The notes: generated by a model from the sequence alone, not told the origin. A stretch of DNA of 64,000 nucleotides from an uncultured Pseudomonadales bacterium (GCA_964422035.1 CAYQZQ010000001.1:50528-114527); one strand, 5' to 3'; positions 19,391 through 27,796 are shown, numbered from the stretch's first letter. Translations and numbers: made by a program.

Positions 19391-20932
19391 ATGGCAGTTT
19401 TTTATCGCAAATACCGACCACAGAAAATTTCAGATCTAGATCTTGTTGATGTGCGAGAAAGACTGGAAAAAGACCTTAAAAAAGGAGAACTTACTCATGC
19501 ATATTTGTTTGTTGGTCCCAGAGGATCTGGCAAAACCAGTGCAGCTAGGATTTTGTCCAAGGTTTTAAATTGCAAAGAGAATCAGGACAATAAAGGCAAG
19601 TTGGAAGAGCCTTGTTTGGATTGCAATCAATGTGAGAACATTGAGAAGAACAAAGCGGTGGATGTGATTGAGATTGATGCGGCTTCTCATAGAGGTATTG
19701 ATGCGATAAGAGAGTTGCGTGACAAGATAGGTTTGTCTCCTGTCTCGGCGGAGAAGAAGGTTTATATCATTGATGAGGTGCACATGTTGACCACCCCAGC
19801 TTTTAATGCGTTACTTAAGACACTGGAAGAGCCGCCAGAGCATGCCCAGTTCTTTTTATGTACTACGGAAGAGGAAAAAGTACCGGAGACAATTGCCTCA
19901 CGTTGTGTGAGGGTTGGGTTTACCAAAGCAACTGCGCAGGAGGTAAGGGATAGTTTGGAGAAAGTGGTGGAAGGTGAAAATCTTGAGATATCTGATGAAG
20001 CTTTGGAGTTGTTGGCTGAATCGGTAGATGGAAGTTTTCGCGAGGGGCATAAGTTATTAGAGCAGCTATCGGGTAAAGATGAGATTAAGCTAGAGGATGT
20101 TAAGAAAGTGTTGGGAGTGGCTCAGGGGATAGAGCCGGAGAAGCTGGCGTTGTTGTTGTTGGATGGAGATGCCAAGGGTGCTTTAAAGGAATTGGATAAA
20201 GCTGACAAGGCGGGAGTTATCTGGAGTGGGTATAGCTTAAGTGTTTTGGGGTATTTGCGTAATCAGCTTAAAGCCAAGTATGGATTAGGTAAGGAAGAGG
20301 TAAAGCATAGTAAAAGCCGGGTTAAAAATGTAACAGTAAGAGTAGAAAGGGCATGTGTAGAGATGAAAGATGCTGTGGTGGAACCGCTACCTTTGGAAGT
20401 GGCAGCGGCTGAATTGGGTGAAGAGCAAAAAAATGGAGAAGAGGGCAAAAAAGGCAATGGAGTAAAAAAGAAAAAACCTAAGTCGAGCTCTAAAGTTAAG
20501 AAAGCGAAGAAGAAAAGTACTCAAAAAGAAATAGGTAAAGTTAAGGCTAATAAGAAAAAATGTAAGGGAGGAGCGAAGATAAGTCTGCAGGATATTAAGG
20601 ATAAATGGGATGAGTTGATTAAAAGACTGGCGCCTGATAATCACAGCGTGGCGGGGCTATTGCGCTCATGTGAACCAAAGTCTGTTGATGATGATTGTTT
20701 GGTTATTGAAGCTTATTACAAGTTTCACAAAGAGCAGTTGGAACAGTCGAATAGAAGGATAATGGTTGAGAGGGAAGTTGATGAGTTAATGGGAATTAGG
20801 GGTGTCAAATATAAACTGGGAAAAAAGTCGAGCAAGAATAAAGTAGTTAAGGAAAAGCCGGTAAGTGATAATGCAAAGACTGGTGAAGATATTGAACTGG
20901 CAGATGCGGTAGAAGAGCTATTTGGGGTTTGA
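19391..20932 (+). CDS. dnaX: DNA polymerase III subunit gamma/tau
   Basis: YRKYRPQKISDLDLVDV; Walker A GPRGSGKTS; zinc module CLDCNQCENIEK; DEVHML box; SRC arginine; K-rich linker. Confidence 0.95.
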   Translation: MAVFYRKYRPQKISDLDLVDVRERLEKDLKKGELTHAYLFVGPRGSGKTSAARILSKVLNCKENQDNKGKLEEPCLDCNQCENIEKNKAVDVIEIDAASHRGIDAIRELRDKIGLSPVSAEKKVYIIDEVHMLTTPAFNALLKTLEEPPEHAQFFLCTTEEEKVPETIASRCVRVGFTKATAQEVRDSLEKVVEGENLEISDEALELLAESVDGSFREGHKLLEQLSGKDEIKLEDVKKVLGVAQGIEPEKLALLLLDGDAKGALKELDKADKAGVIWSGYSLSVLGYLRNQLKAKYGLGKEEVKHSKSRVKNVTVRVERACVEMKDAVVEPLPLEVAAAELGEEQKNGEEGKKGNGVKKKKPKSSSKVKKAKKKSTQKEIGKVKANKKKCKGGAKISLQDIKDKWDELIKRLAPDNHSVAGLLRSCEPKSVDDDCLVIEAYYKFHKEQLEQSNRRIMVEREVDELMGIRGVKYKLGKKSSKNKVVKEKPVSDNAKTGEDIELADAVEELFGV

Positions 20933-20954
20933 AGAGTAGTAATGGCGTGTTAAA

Positions 20955-21239
20955 ATGGCAAGCATGTTAGATAAAATAGGAAAAGTTGGTTCTCAGGGTA
21001 AAGCAGCGGCCAAGATGATGATGCTGCAAAGAAAGATTGGTAAAAAAAAGATAGAGTATCAGGATGAGAATATTAAAGTAGTGGTGACGGGTGACGGTAA
21101 GGTAAAGAGTATTGAGGTTGAAGGAGAGAAAAAAGAGGAGATTGCTAAGGTAGTTAATAAAGCTATCGAGAAAGCTCAAAAATGGGCTGCCAAACAAATG
21201 CAGGGGAAGATGGGCGATTTAAGTAAGATTCTTGGATAA
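20955..21239 (+). CDS. ybaB: Nucleoid-associated protein YbaB/EbfC
   Basis: 94 aa; the MMMLQRKIG...VVVTGDGKVKSIEV pattern matches YbaB; conserved dnaX-ybaB-recR order. Confidence 0.8.
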   Translation: MASMLDKIGKVGSQGKAAAKMMMLQRKIGKKKIEYQDENIKVVVTGDGKVKSIEVEGEKKEEIAKVVNKAIEKAQKWAAKQMQGKMGDLSKILG

Positions 21240-21281
21240 GGCTTGCTTGAGGGATTACAAAGAAGTTAAACTAGTTAGTGG

Positions 21282-21899
21282 ATGAATAGTATTAAACCAA
21301 TTGCCAAACTAATTGATCATTTGGAGCACTTGCCGGGGATTGGCCCCAAGACAGCCCAGAGACTGGCTTATTATATGTTGCGTTTTCCTCAGGGCAAGTT
21401 GGAAAGTTTTGCAGAAACGATAGAGAGATTGAAAAAAGAAACCAAGTTTTGTGAGATTTGTTACAACATAGATGATCAATCACCTTGTAAGATATGTGAG
21501 AATGAGAGCAGAAGTATAAAGACTTTGTGTGTGGTGGAGAGTCCGTTGGATGTGTTGGCTTTGGAGAAGTCAAATGGATTTGATGGAAAGTATCATGTTT
21601 TACATGGAGTGATTAACCCTTTAAATAATGTGGGGCCGGGGGATTTGTATTTACCTCAACTGCTGGAGAGATTGGAGAGCGAGTCAGTGGAGGAGTTGAT
21701 AATGGCTACCAACCCTTCGATGGAGGGAGAGGCGACGGCAATGTATATAGTAAATAAAATTAGAGAGATGCAAGAGGAGGACAGGATGGGTGAGATCAGA
21801 ATAACCAGGATTGGAAGAGGGTTGCCGACGGGGGCTGACGTGGAGTATGCAGATGAGGTAACTTTAAGCAAGGCTTTGGAGGGAAGAACTGAGTTATAG
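21282..21899 (+). CDS. recR: Recombination protein RecR
   Basis: HhH (LPGIGPKTAQRLAYY); C4 zinc finger (CEICYNIDDQSPCKICEN); Toprim domain. Confidence 0.95.
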   Translation: MNSIKPIAKLIDHLEHLPGIGPKTAQRLAYYMLRFPQGKLESFAETIERLKKETKFCEICYNIDDQSPCKICENESRSIKTLCVVESPLDVLALEKSNGFDGKYHVLHGVINPLNNVGPGDLYLPQLLERLESESVEELIMATNPSMEGEATAMYIVNKIREMQEEDRMGEIRITRIGRGLPTGADVEYADEVTLSKALEGRTEL

Positions 21900-21917
21900 A
21901 TATGCTTAAATGGATAT

Positions 21918-22370
21918 ATGAGTAGTCTGGGAAAGCAAATGCAAAAAGGTGTTGGGCAGTTGGGTAAATCAGTTGGTGGTGACGTAGTTAAGGGTGTGGG
22001 GGAGGTGGGTAAAGGGATTGTGGAGGAGGCGGGTAAGAAAGGTATCGAGCAGATCACGGGAGGGGTGGTAAAGCCAGATGATGACAATAAGGACAGAATG
22101 AAGACAGGATTATCTGACGAGGAGGTAGTTTGGCAGAGACAACAACAAGAGAAAAGAGCCCGGGTGAGAAAAAGAATCAAAGAGTTGCAGGAGGAGTTTA
22201 AAAGAATGAGTAGAGGTGAGGAGATATTAGAGGAAAGAGAGGAAAGACAGGAAGAGGAGTTTGTTGAGAGGCGAAAAGAACAACAGGAAGAGGTAAAAAA
22301 ACAACAGAGACGCAAACTAATTAATCAGAAACAAAGCAGAGCCAGAGGAGAGTTTTTAGGGAAGCACTGA
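21918..22370 (+). CDS. Hypothetical low-complexity protein (G/V/K-rich N-terminus, E/R/Q-rich coiled-coil C-terminus)
   Basis: ORF with compositional bias only. Confidence 0.35.
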   Translation: MSSLGKQMQKGVGQLGKSVGGDVVKGVGEVGKGIVEEAGKKGIEQITGGVVKPDDDNKDRMKTGLSDEEVVWQRQQQEKRARVRKRIKELQEEFKRMSRGEEILEEREERQEEEFVERRKEQQEEVKKQQRRKLINQKQSRARGEFLGKH

Positions 22371-22390
22371 AGATGATATGATATTGCCCT

Positions 22391-22909
22391 ATGGGCAGGA
22401 TAGAGAAGATTCGTTCTACAAATCCAAAACTTTTGGAGGGGGAAAACAAGCAGATGGTGTCTGTGTGGAGACAGAGACTGGATGACAAGGAAAAACGTAA
22501 GCTTAATCATGAGGGGGCGATTTTATTTACATATAATGACGAGATTGTAGATCATGTATGCTTACGCGGACTTCGATTTAAGGCAGAAAGCGAAGAGGAG
22601 TTGGAGAGAATGAGAGAGGAGTTGGCCCGTAGAGTGATTGCAGAGGGAAAGATGTGGCAACTGGGAGGGGATTGGAAAGTATTATGGCTTGAACCGAGGA
22701 GAAATAGTGCAGGAGGGGGAAGTTATAGATATAAATTTTGGGATACGAAAGCAAGCTCAAGGGAAGATTCTAATATCCAGAGAGTTGGAGGATACACAAA
22801 AAGTAAATACAGGCATAGTAAGCACCGTCAGTCGGTGTCGGATTATTTGAAGAGAACAGAAAGGTACAAAAATAACCAGTTTAGAAAGAAGTGGAAGAAG
22901 GATAAATAG
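22391..22909 (+). CDS. Hypothetical basic protein (172 aa)
   Basis: ORF only; no motif recognised. Confidence 0.4.
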   Translation: MGRIEKIRSTNPKLLEGENKQMVSVWRQRLDDKEKRKLNHEGAILFTYNDEIVDHVCLRGLRFKAESEEELERMREELARRVIAEGKMWQLGGDWKVLWLEPRRNSAGGGSYRYKFWDTKASSREDSNIQRVGGYTKSKYRHSKHRQSVSDYLKRTERYKNNQFRKKWKKDK

Positions 22910-22960
22910 AATTTGACAGGTGTTTGGGGGATATTTATAATTGCCTACGCACGTTAACAA

Positions 22961-23046
22961 GGGGCTGTCGTCTAATGGTAAGACATCCGGTTTTATAAAT
23001 TTATCCTCGCACCGGAAAAATATGGGTTCGAGTCCCATCAGTCCCT
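22961..23046 (+). tRNA. tRNA-like gene with a 21-nt anticodon loop (insertion, mini-intron or pseudogene); isotype undetermined
   Basis: Cloverleaf read directly from the sequence. Acceptor GGGGCTG/CAGTCCC (one G-U pair). D-arm GTCT-AATGGTA-AGAC. Anticodon stem TCCGG/CCGGA enclosing TTTTATAAATTTATCCTCGCA (21 nt instead of 7). Variable region AAAAT. T-arm ATGGG-TTCGAGT-CCCAT. Discriminator T. Confidence 0.5.
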
Positions 23047-23048
23047 AT

Positions 23049-23189
23049 AGGAAGGAAGTTGGTTAGGGCCGACCATGGTCTAAGGTTAAATACTCTTATT
23101 GAATGAGAGTGAACTAGTACCGTGAGGGAATTTCACATTCAATCAGCGTATTTGTTTTCCCACTAAATGCTTCCACCAACTTCCTTCCT
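23049..23189. repeat. 15-bp perfect inverted repeat (aGGAAGGAAGTTGGT ... ACCAACTTCCTTCCt) enclosing about 110 nt that carries a 23S-rRNA-like 15-mer (AGTACCGTGAGGGAA)
   Basis: Left arm 23049-23063, right arm 23175-23189, exact reverse complements. The internal sequence gaactAGTACCGTGAGGGAAtttc is identical over 15 nt to the conserved 23S rRNA domain I segment GAGUACCGUGAGGGAAAGG. The element sits exactly between two tRNA-like genes. Confidence 0.5.
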
Positions 23190-23199
23190 TTTGTACTTT

Positions 23200-23272
23200 G
23201 CGTCTGTAGCTTAACTGGTAAAGCCTAAGGTCCACTTCCTTAGAGTTGAGAGTTCAACTCTCTCCAGGCGCT
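23200..23272 (+). tRNA. tRNA-like gene with a non-canonical anticodon loop TCCACTT (C33, pyrimidine 37); formal anticodon CAC
   Basis: Acceptor GCGTCTG/CAGGCGC (one G-U pair). D-arm GCTT-AACTGGTA-AAGC. Anticodon stem TAAGG/CCTTA. Variable region GAGTT. T-arm GAGAG-TTCAACT-CTCTC. Discriminator T. The plus-strand fold is better than the minus-strand fold, which has a C-A mismatch in the acceptor stem. Confidence 0.5.
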
Positions 23273-23657
23273 TTAGAAAGTTTGCTTAATGCTGAGTCGC
23301 ATATCAGCTGTGTACTTGATAGCAGGCTTTCTTATACCGTGGGGTAAAAAAATAAACGAGTAGCTAATTACTCGGTCTCCTCCTTTGAGATATTTTTTAC
23401 AACCCCACGGTTTTTTTGTGGTACAAATTGGTTTATATGAGGCTGTAAGCTTGATGTAAATTAAGAGAGTGAATGTAATAACAAGTGTACTTTGAAAGGC
23501 ACGCCTAGGGTTAGTTGTTTTCAGCCAAGGCTCGGCCTTTTTGAACTCCTTGCTTAGCCGCAGGGGAGTAAACTGAGTTTTTTTAATTGTCTTTCCCTCA
23601 GTTTGTACTTTGTTCTTGTGGCTTTTTTTATGCTTTAAAATTGGTAAGATAGAGGTT

Positions 23658-25046
23658 ATGAAGTTACACAATTCATTAACAGATGAAAGGGAGGAATTTG
23701 TACCTTTGGGAGATGTGGTAAGGATGTATACTTGCGGACCGACTGTTTATGATTATGTGACGATAGGTAACTGGAGAACATACACTTTGGGGGACTTTGT
23801 AGTTAGAACACTTAAGTTTTTGGGGTATGAAGTTAAGTATGTGATGAATATTACTGATGTTGGTCATTTAACCGGTGATAATTTAGGGGACTCTGATAGT
23901 GGTGAGGACAGGATGGAGAAGGCCAGTGAGCGGGAAGGCAAGACTGCCAGTGAACTGGCTGATTTTTATAGCAAGGATTTTAAAAAAGGGATGGAGAAGT
24001 TGAATTTTGTTATGCCTGACAAGCTGCCTAAGGCAACGGCTCATATTGATGAGCAGATTGAGATGATTGAAAAGATTGAGAAGAAAGGGTTTGCCTATCA
24101 GATATCGGATGGAGTGTATTTTGATACCAGCGCTTATGAAAAAGCAGGCAATGAGTATGGCAAGTTATCATCGTTGGATGAGATAAAAGAAGGAGCAAGA
24201 GTTGAAGTTAATGAGGAGAAAAAGGATGCGCGAGATTTTGCTTTATGGAAGTTTTCAAAAGAGAAAGATCGACAGATGGAGTGGGACAGTCCTTGGGGGA
24301 TAGGGTTTCCCGGTTGGCATATAGAGTGCTCGGCTATGAGTATGGAATATCTGGGCAGTCAGTTTGATATTCATATTGGTGGTGAAGACTTGCGTTCTAC
24401 ACACCATCCGAATGAGATTGCCCAGAGTGAGACAGTAAGTGGAAAAAAGCCGTTTGTTAAGTACTGGCTGCATGGAGCATTTTTGCAAGTGGATGGAGGC
24501 AGAATGGGGAAGAGCTTGGGTAATGCATATAGTTTGCATGATCTGGAAGAGAGGGGATACTCAGCGCTTGATCTAAGATACTTTTTTTTGACAGGACACT
24601 GGCGTAAGCCGTTGAATTTTACCTGGGAGGCTCTGGAGGCAGCCAAGGTGGCCCGAAAGAAGCTGGTAAGTAGAGTCAGTCATTGGCAAGAGAAGGGGGA
24701 AAAGGGTGGAGGCTGTTTTGAGTATGAAGAAAAGTTTGTAGAGGCGGTGGAGGATAATCTGAACATGCCAAAAGCGCTGGCGGTGATGTGGGATATGATA
24801 AAAAGTGAAGAGGAAGGTAGAGATAAGCTGGCAAGTGTGATCAGATTTGACAGAATTTTGGGCTTGGGGCTGCAGGAGAGAAAAATAGTTGAGATACCGG
24901 AGAGAATTCGGGAGCTGGTAAGAAAAAGAGAATGGCTGCGGGAGCAGAGAAAATGGGATGAGGCAGATGAGGTAAGAGAGAAGATTGAAAGCCAGGGATT
25001 TAAGCTTGAGGATGAGGATGAACAAACCAAGATTGTTTCTGAGTAG
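23658..25046 (+). CDS. cysS: Cysteinyl-tRNA synthetase with a variant HIGH (TIGN) and variant KMSKS (RMGKS)
   Basis: CGPTVYDY..., zinc-ligand region GWHIECSAM, HIGGEDL..HHPNEIAQSE, and a C-terminal DALR-2-like region. ORF-track start 23610; the ATG at 23658 (MKLHNSL) has a GGAGG-like RBS (GAGG) 6 nt upstream. Confidence 0.9.
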   Translation: MKLHNSLTDEREEFVPLGDVVRMYTCGPTVYDYVTIGNWRTYTLGDFVVRTLKFLGYEVKYVMNITDVGHLTGDNLGDSDSGEDRMEKASEREGKTASELADFYSKDFKKGMEKLNFVMPDKLPKATAHIDEQIEMIEKIEKKGFAYQISDGVYFDTSAYEKAGNEYGKLSSLDEIKEGARVEVNEEKKDARDFALWKFSKEKDRQMEWDSPWGIGFPGWHIECSAMSMEYLGSQFDIHIGGEDLRSTHHPNEIAQSETVSGKKPFVKYWLHGAFLQVDGGRMGKSLGNAYSLHDLEERGYSALDLRYFFLTGHWRKPLNFTWEALEAAKVARKKLVSRVSHWQEKGEKGGGCFEYEEKFVEAVEDNLNMPKALAVMWDMIKSEEEGRDKLASVIRFDRILGLGLQERKIVEIPERIRELVRKREWLREQRKWDEADEVREKIESQGFKLEDEDEQTKIVSE

Positions 25047-25079
25047 TTAGGAGTTTGGTAAATACGATATGATGGAGAT

Positions 25080-25799
25080 ATGAAGAAGTTGGGGAGTATT
25101 TTATTGGTAATACTGGGAGTTTTGCTGTTTGTGGATTTGGCGTTTGTTAACTGGAAGATTTTAAATAGTAATCAATCACAGGTAGTTGAGCAACAAAGAG
25201 AGACAAATATCTGTGACAGAGAGTGCGTTGAGGCAATAATAGAGAGTAGACTGGGTAATGTTGATAGAGAGCAAGTTGAACAGATGGGTAGTGAGGTGGT
25301 TGAGACTGATGGTTGTGATAGGGAGTGTGTCAGTAAAATTGTAGATGAGAAGGTGGCTTTGATTAAGAATGAGTTGGTGGCAACGCCAACACCGACTCCA
25401 ACGGAGACGACTTCACAGGCTAGTGTGGTGAAAGAGACGCATATAGAGACGGTTGATTTATCAGGCGGCAGTGCAAAAGGGGGAGATTGGGTAAGGATTG
25501 GTGGTAGCGAGAAGTGGATGGATACTTCTTTATATGGGGAGTTGGTTTCAGCTACCTGGCAGGGGTGGATTGAGGTAAAGGATGGTAATGGAGTAGCTTA
25601 TGCAAGAATTTATGACGCAACTAACAACCGAGCAGTTGATGGTAGTTTAGTTAGTAATGCAAGTGGGGGGAAAGCAAGTTTTTATTCTGAGAATCTGTCT
25701 ATATGGAGAGGGCAAAATCAGTACTATATAGAGGTTAAGAGCAGTACAGGATATGAAGTGACTGTAGAGGGGACGAAGATAAAGCTTGAGGTGAGGTGA
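25080..25799 (+). CDS. Hypothetical membrane-anchored/secreted protein with a duplicated CDRECV motif
   Basis: N-terminal TM/signal segment (ILLVILGVLLFVDLAFV); two CDRECVxxI repeats; T/P-rich linker; beta-rich C-terminal domain. Confidence 0.45.
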   Translation: MKKLGSILLVILGVLLFVDLAFVNWKILNSNQSQVVEQQRETNICDRECVEAIIESRLGNVDREQVEQMGSEVVETDGCDRECVSKIVDEKVALIKNELVATPTPTPTETTSQASVVKETHIETVDLSGGSAKGGDWVRIGGSEKWMDTSLYGELVSATWQGWIEVKDGNGVAYARIYDATNNRAVDGSLVSNASGGKASFYSENLSIWRGQNQYYIEVKSSTGYEVTVEGTKIKLEVR

Positions 25800-25838
25800 T
25801 TATGATAAGATGAAGGCAATGAAAGGAGGTGAGAGTAA

Positions 25839-26087
25839 ATGAAAGATCAGAAAATAGGTGAAGTAACTCACTTTTATACTGGTATTAATGTAGCTATTGT
25901 GAAGCTGGAAGGTAAGCTGTCTGTAGGTGACAAGGTTATTTTTGAGGGAGCAACTACTGATTTTGAGCAGGAAGTTGATGATATGGAGTTTGATCACGAA
26001 AAACTGCAGGAAGCAGAAGCCGGCCAGGAAGTAGGTATTAAGGTAAAGGAAAGAGTAAGAGAGGGTGATGAGGTGTATTTAGCTTAA
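25839..26087 (+). CDS. Small EF-Tu domain-2-like beta-barrel protein
   Basis: 82 aa; pattern GINVAIVKLEGKLSVGDKV...AEAGQEVGIKVKERVREGDEV resembles EF-Tu/IF2 domain II. Confidence 0.45.
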   Translation: MKDQKIGEVTHFYTGINVAIVKLEGKLSVGDKVIFEGATTDFEQEVDDMEFDHEKLQEAEAGQEVGIKVKERVREGDEVYLA

Positions 26088-26131
26088 GAGGAATAGTAGG
26101 TGAATGTTAAAGTGTTGGAGAAAGAGTGTAA

Positions 26132-26368
26132 TTGGATAGACAAGAGAGGCTAGACTGGTATAATTGGGTTATGATGAAGTTTGTCAATTTTTTATTGAGT
26201 AGCCTTTCAGGTAAGAGGAATTTTTCCGTTGAGGAAGGTGTGAAGTATAGTCTGAAAAAATACAAGAAGGCCTATAAATTGCTGGAGAAGTATGACCAAG
26301 AAACTGCAAAAGACTGCCAAGAATTGGCTGACCCTGAAGACTTGCGCTCTTCTATTCAAGAGCTTTAA
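26132..26368 (+). CDS. Small hypothetical protein upstream of and overlapping the Doc/Fic gene; possible cognate antitoxin
   Basis: 78-aa ORF ending inside the 5' part of the Fic/Doc ORF in another frame; no motif recognised. Confidence 0.25.
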   Translation: MDRQERLDWYNWVMMKFVNFLLSSLSGKRNFSVEEGVKYSLKKYKKAYKLLEKYDQETAKDCQELADPEDLRSSIQEL

Positions 26369-26741
26369 GCAAGGGCTTGAATTTGGGGAACCGATTCCGG
26401 TTTTTGATAGCAGGTATCCAGGTAAGTTAGAGGGTATTTTGGATTCAGTGAGGCAGACCTATGACGGGAATTACTTGAATGCGACTGTAGCTGACGCATC
26501 AGCGGCATATTTTAATCAGTTAATTAGGGGCCATCCGTTTGAAAATGGAAATAAGAGAATGGCAGTTTTGTTTAGCCACTTTTTTCTTTTGAGAAATGGA
26601 GTAGATTTTACTTTGGGAAATCGGCAGATGTACCGATTTGCTTTAATAATTGCTAAAGCGGGAGAAAGTGGAATTAAAGCTGATGAGACAAAAAGGTGGT
26701 GTAAGCAGATTATTATACGATTTACTGAGGAGAAAAAATGA
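26292..26741 (+). CDS. Fic/Doc family protein (death-on-curing-like toxin)
   Basis: Fic motif HPFENGNKRMAV (HPFx[DE]GNKR). Size is Doc-like. True start uncertain: no in-frame ATG/GTG/TTG downstream of the 26368 stop, so the genes probably overlap. Confidence 0.7.
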   Translation: MTKKLQKTAKNWLTLKTCALLFKSFKQGLEFGEPIPVFDSRYPGKLEGILDSVRQTYDGNYLNATVADASAAYFNQLIRGHPFENGNKRMAVLFSHFFLLRNGVDFTLGNRQMYRFALIIAKAGESGIKADETKRWCKQIIIRFTEEKK

Positions 26742-27796
26742 GTTTATCAGTAGGAATAGTAGGGCTACCTAATGCAGGCAAGTCTACTTTATTTAACGCC
26801 CTTTTGGGCAAGCAGAAAGCCTTAACGGCTGAGTATCCATTTGCCACCATTGACCCAAACAAGGGTGTGGTAGGAGTGCCTGACAATAGATTGGATAGAT
26901 TATCAAACGCCACTGGTATTGATAATAAAAAACAGGCGACGGTGACATTTATTGATATTGCCGGATTGGTTAAAGGAGCAGCTGATGGCGAAGGGTTGGG
27001 AAATCAGTTTTTAGGCCAGATCAGGGAAGTGGATTTGATTTGTCATGTAGTGCGTGATTTTGAAGCTGAAGGAGTAGAGAAGATCGGCAAGAACCCTTTA
27101 GATGATTATCAGACTGTTCAAGCAGAGCTTATTTTAAAAGATCTGGAGACAGTGGAGAAGGCTTTGGATAAGACAGGAGTTAATCAGAAAGAAGAGAAAA
27201 GAGTTTTGAAAAGCCTTTATGAAAGTTTGAATGAAGGTGTGCCGGTGCGGGAACTGGAGGAGAGGAGAAGTGAAGAAGTAAAGCAGTTGAATCTGTTGAC
27301 CATCAAGGAGGAGATAGTGGTGGTTAACGTAGATGAAGATAAATTAGGAGAGATCAAAGAGGTTGAGAGCAAAGTTGGACAAGAGCTTGATATACCTGCC
27401 ATTGCATTGGCAGCTAAGCTTGAAGAGCAGGTATGGCAGTTGTCACAAGAAGAGCGAGAGGAGTTTTTGGAAGAGTTGTCAATCTTGGAGCTGGGATTAA
27501 ATAGATTGATAAGAGTAGCATTTGCTAAATTGGGATTGATTATTTTTTATACTACTACTTCGGAGGAGGAGATAAGGGCCTGGCCGGTAAAGAGAGGAAT
27601 TGAAGCCAGAAAGGCGGCTGGAGTGGTACATACAGACTTTGAGGAGAAGTTTATTAAAGCCAGAGTGATTGACTGGGAGGAGTATGCTAACTGGGGCAGT
27701 TGGCAGATAGCAGCCCAGGAGGGCAGGGTGAGAGTAGTGGGGGCGGACTACAAGATTGAAGACGGAGAAGCGGTTGAGTTTGTCAGTGGTTCTTGA
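26738..27796 (+). CDS. ychF: Ribosome-binding ATPase YchF (Obg-like)
   Basis: G1 motif GIVGLPNAGKSTLFNAL, YPFATIDPN, C-terminal TGS domain. Confidence 0.9.
   Translation: MSLSVGIVGLPNAGKSTLFNALLGKQKALTAEYPFATIDPNKGVVGVPDNRLDRLSNATGIDNKKQATVTFIDIAGLVKGAADGEGLGNQFLGQIREVDLICHVVRDFEAEGVEKIGKNPLDDYQTVQAELILKDLETVEKALDKTGVNQKEEKRVLKSLYESLNEGVPVRELEERRSEEVKQLNLLTIKEEIVVVNVDEDKLGEIKEVESKVGQELDIPAIALAAKLEEQVWQLSQEEREEFLEELSILELGLNRLIRVAFAKLGLIIFYTTTSEEEIRAWPVKRGIEARKAAGVVHTDFEEKFIKARVIDWEEYANWGSWQIAAQEGRVRVVGADYKIEDGEAVEFVSGS

Noticed and set aside
21656-22315. 219-aa minus-strand ORF antisense to recR and the downstream gene
   Set aside because: S/C/L-rich low-complexity translation, opposite strongly supported RecR; a frame-shadow.
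23049-23063. GGAAGGAAG as the SRP RNA domain IV motif
   Set aside because: The arms of the inverted repeat pair perfectly, which is incompatible with the asymmetric internal loops of SRP RNA domain IV, and the downstream AGCAGCC is absent.
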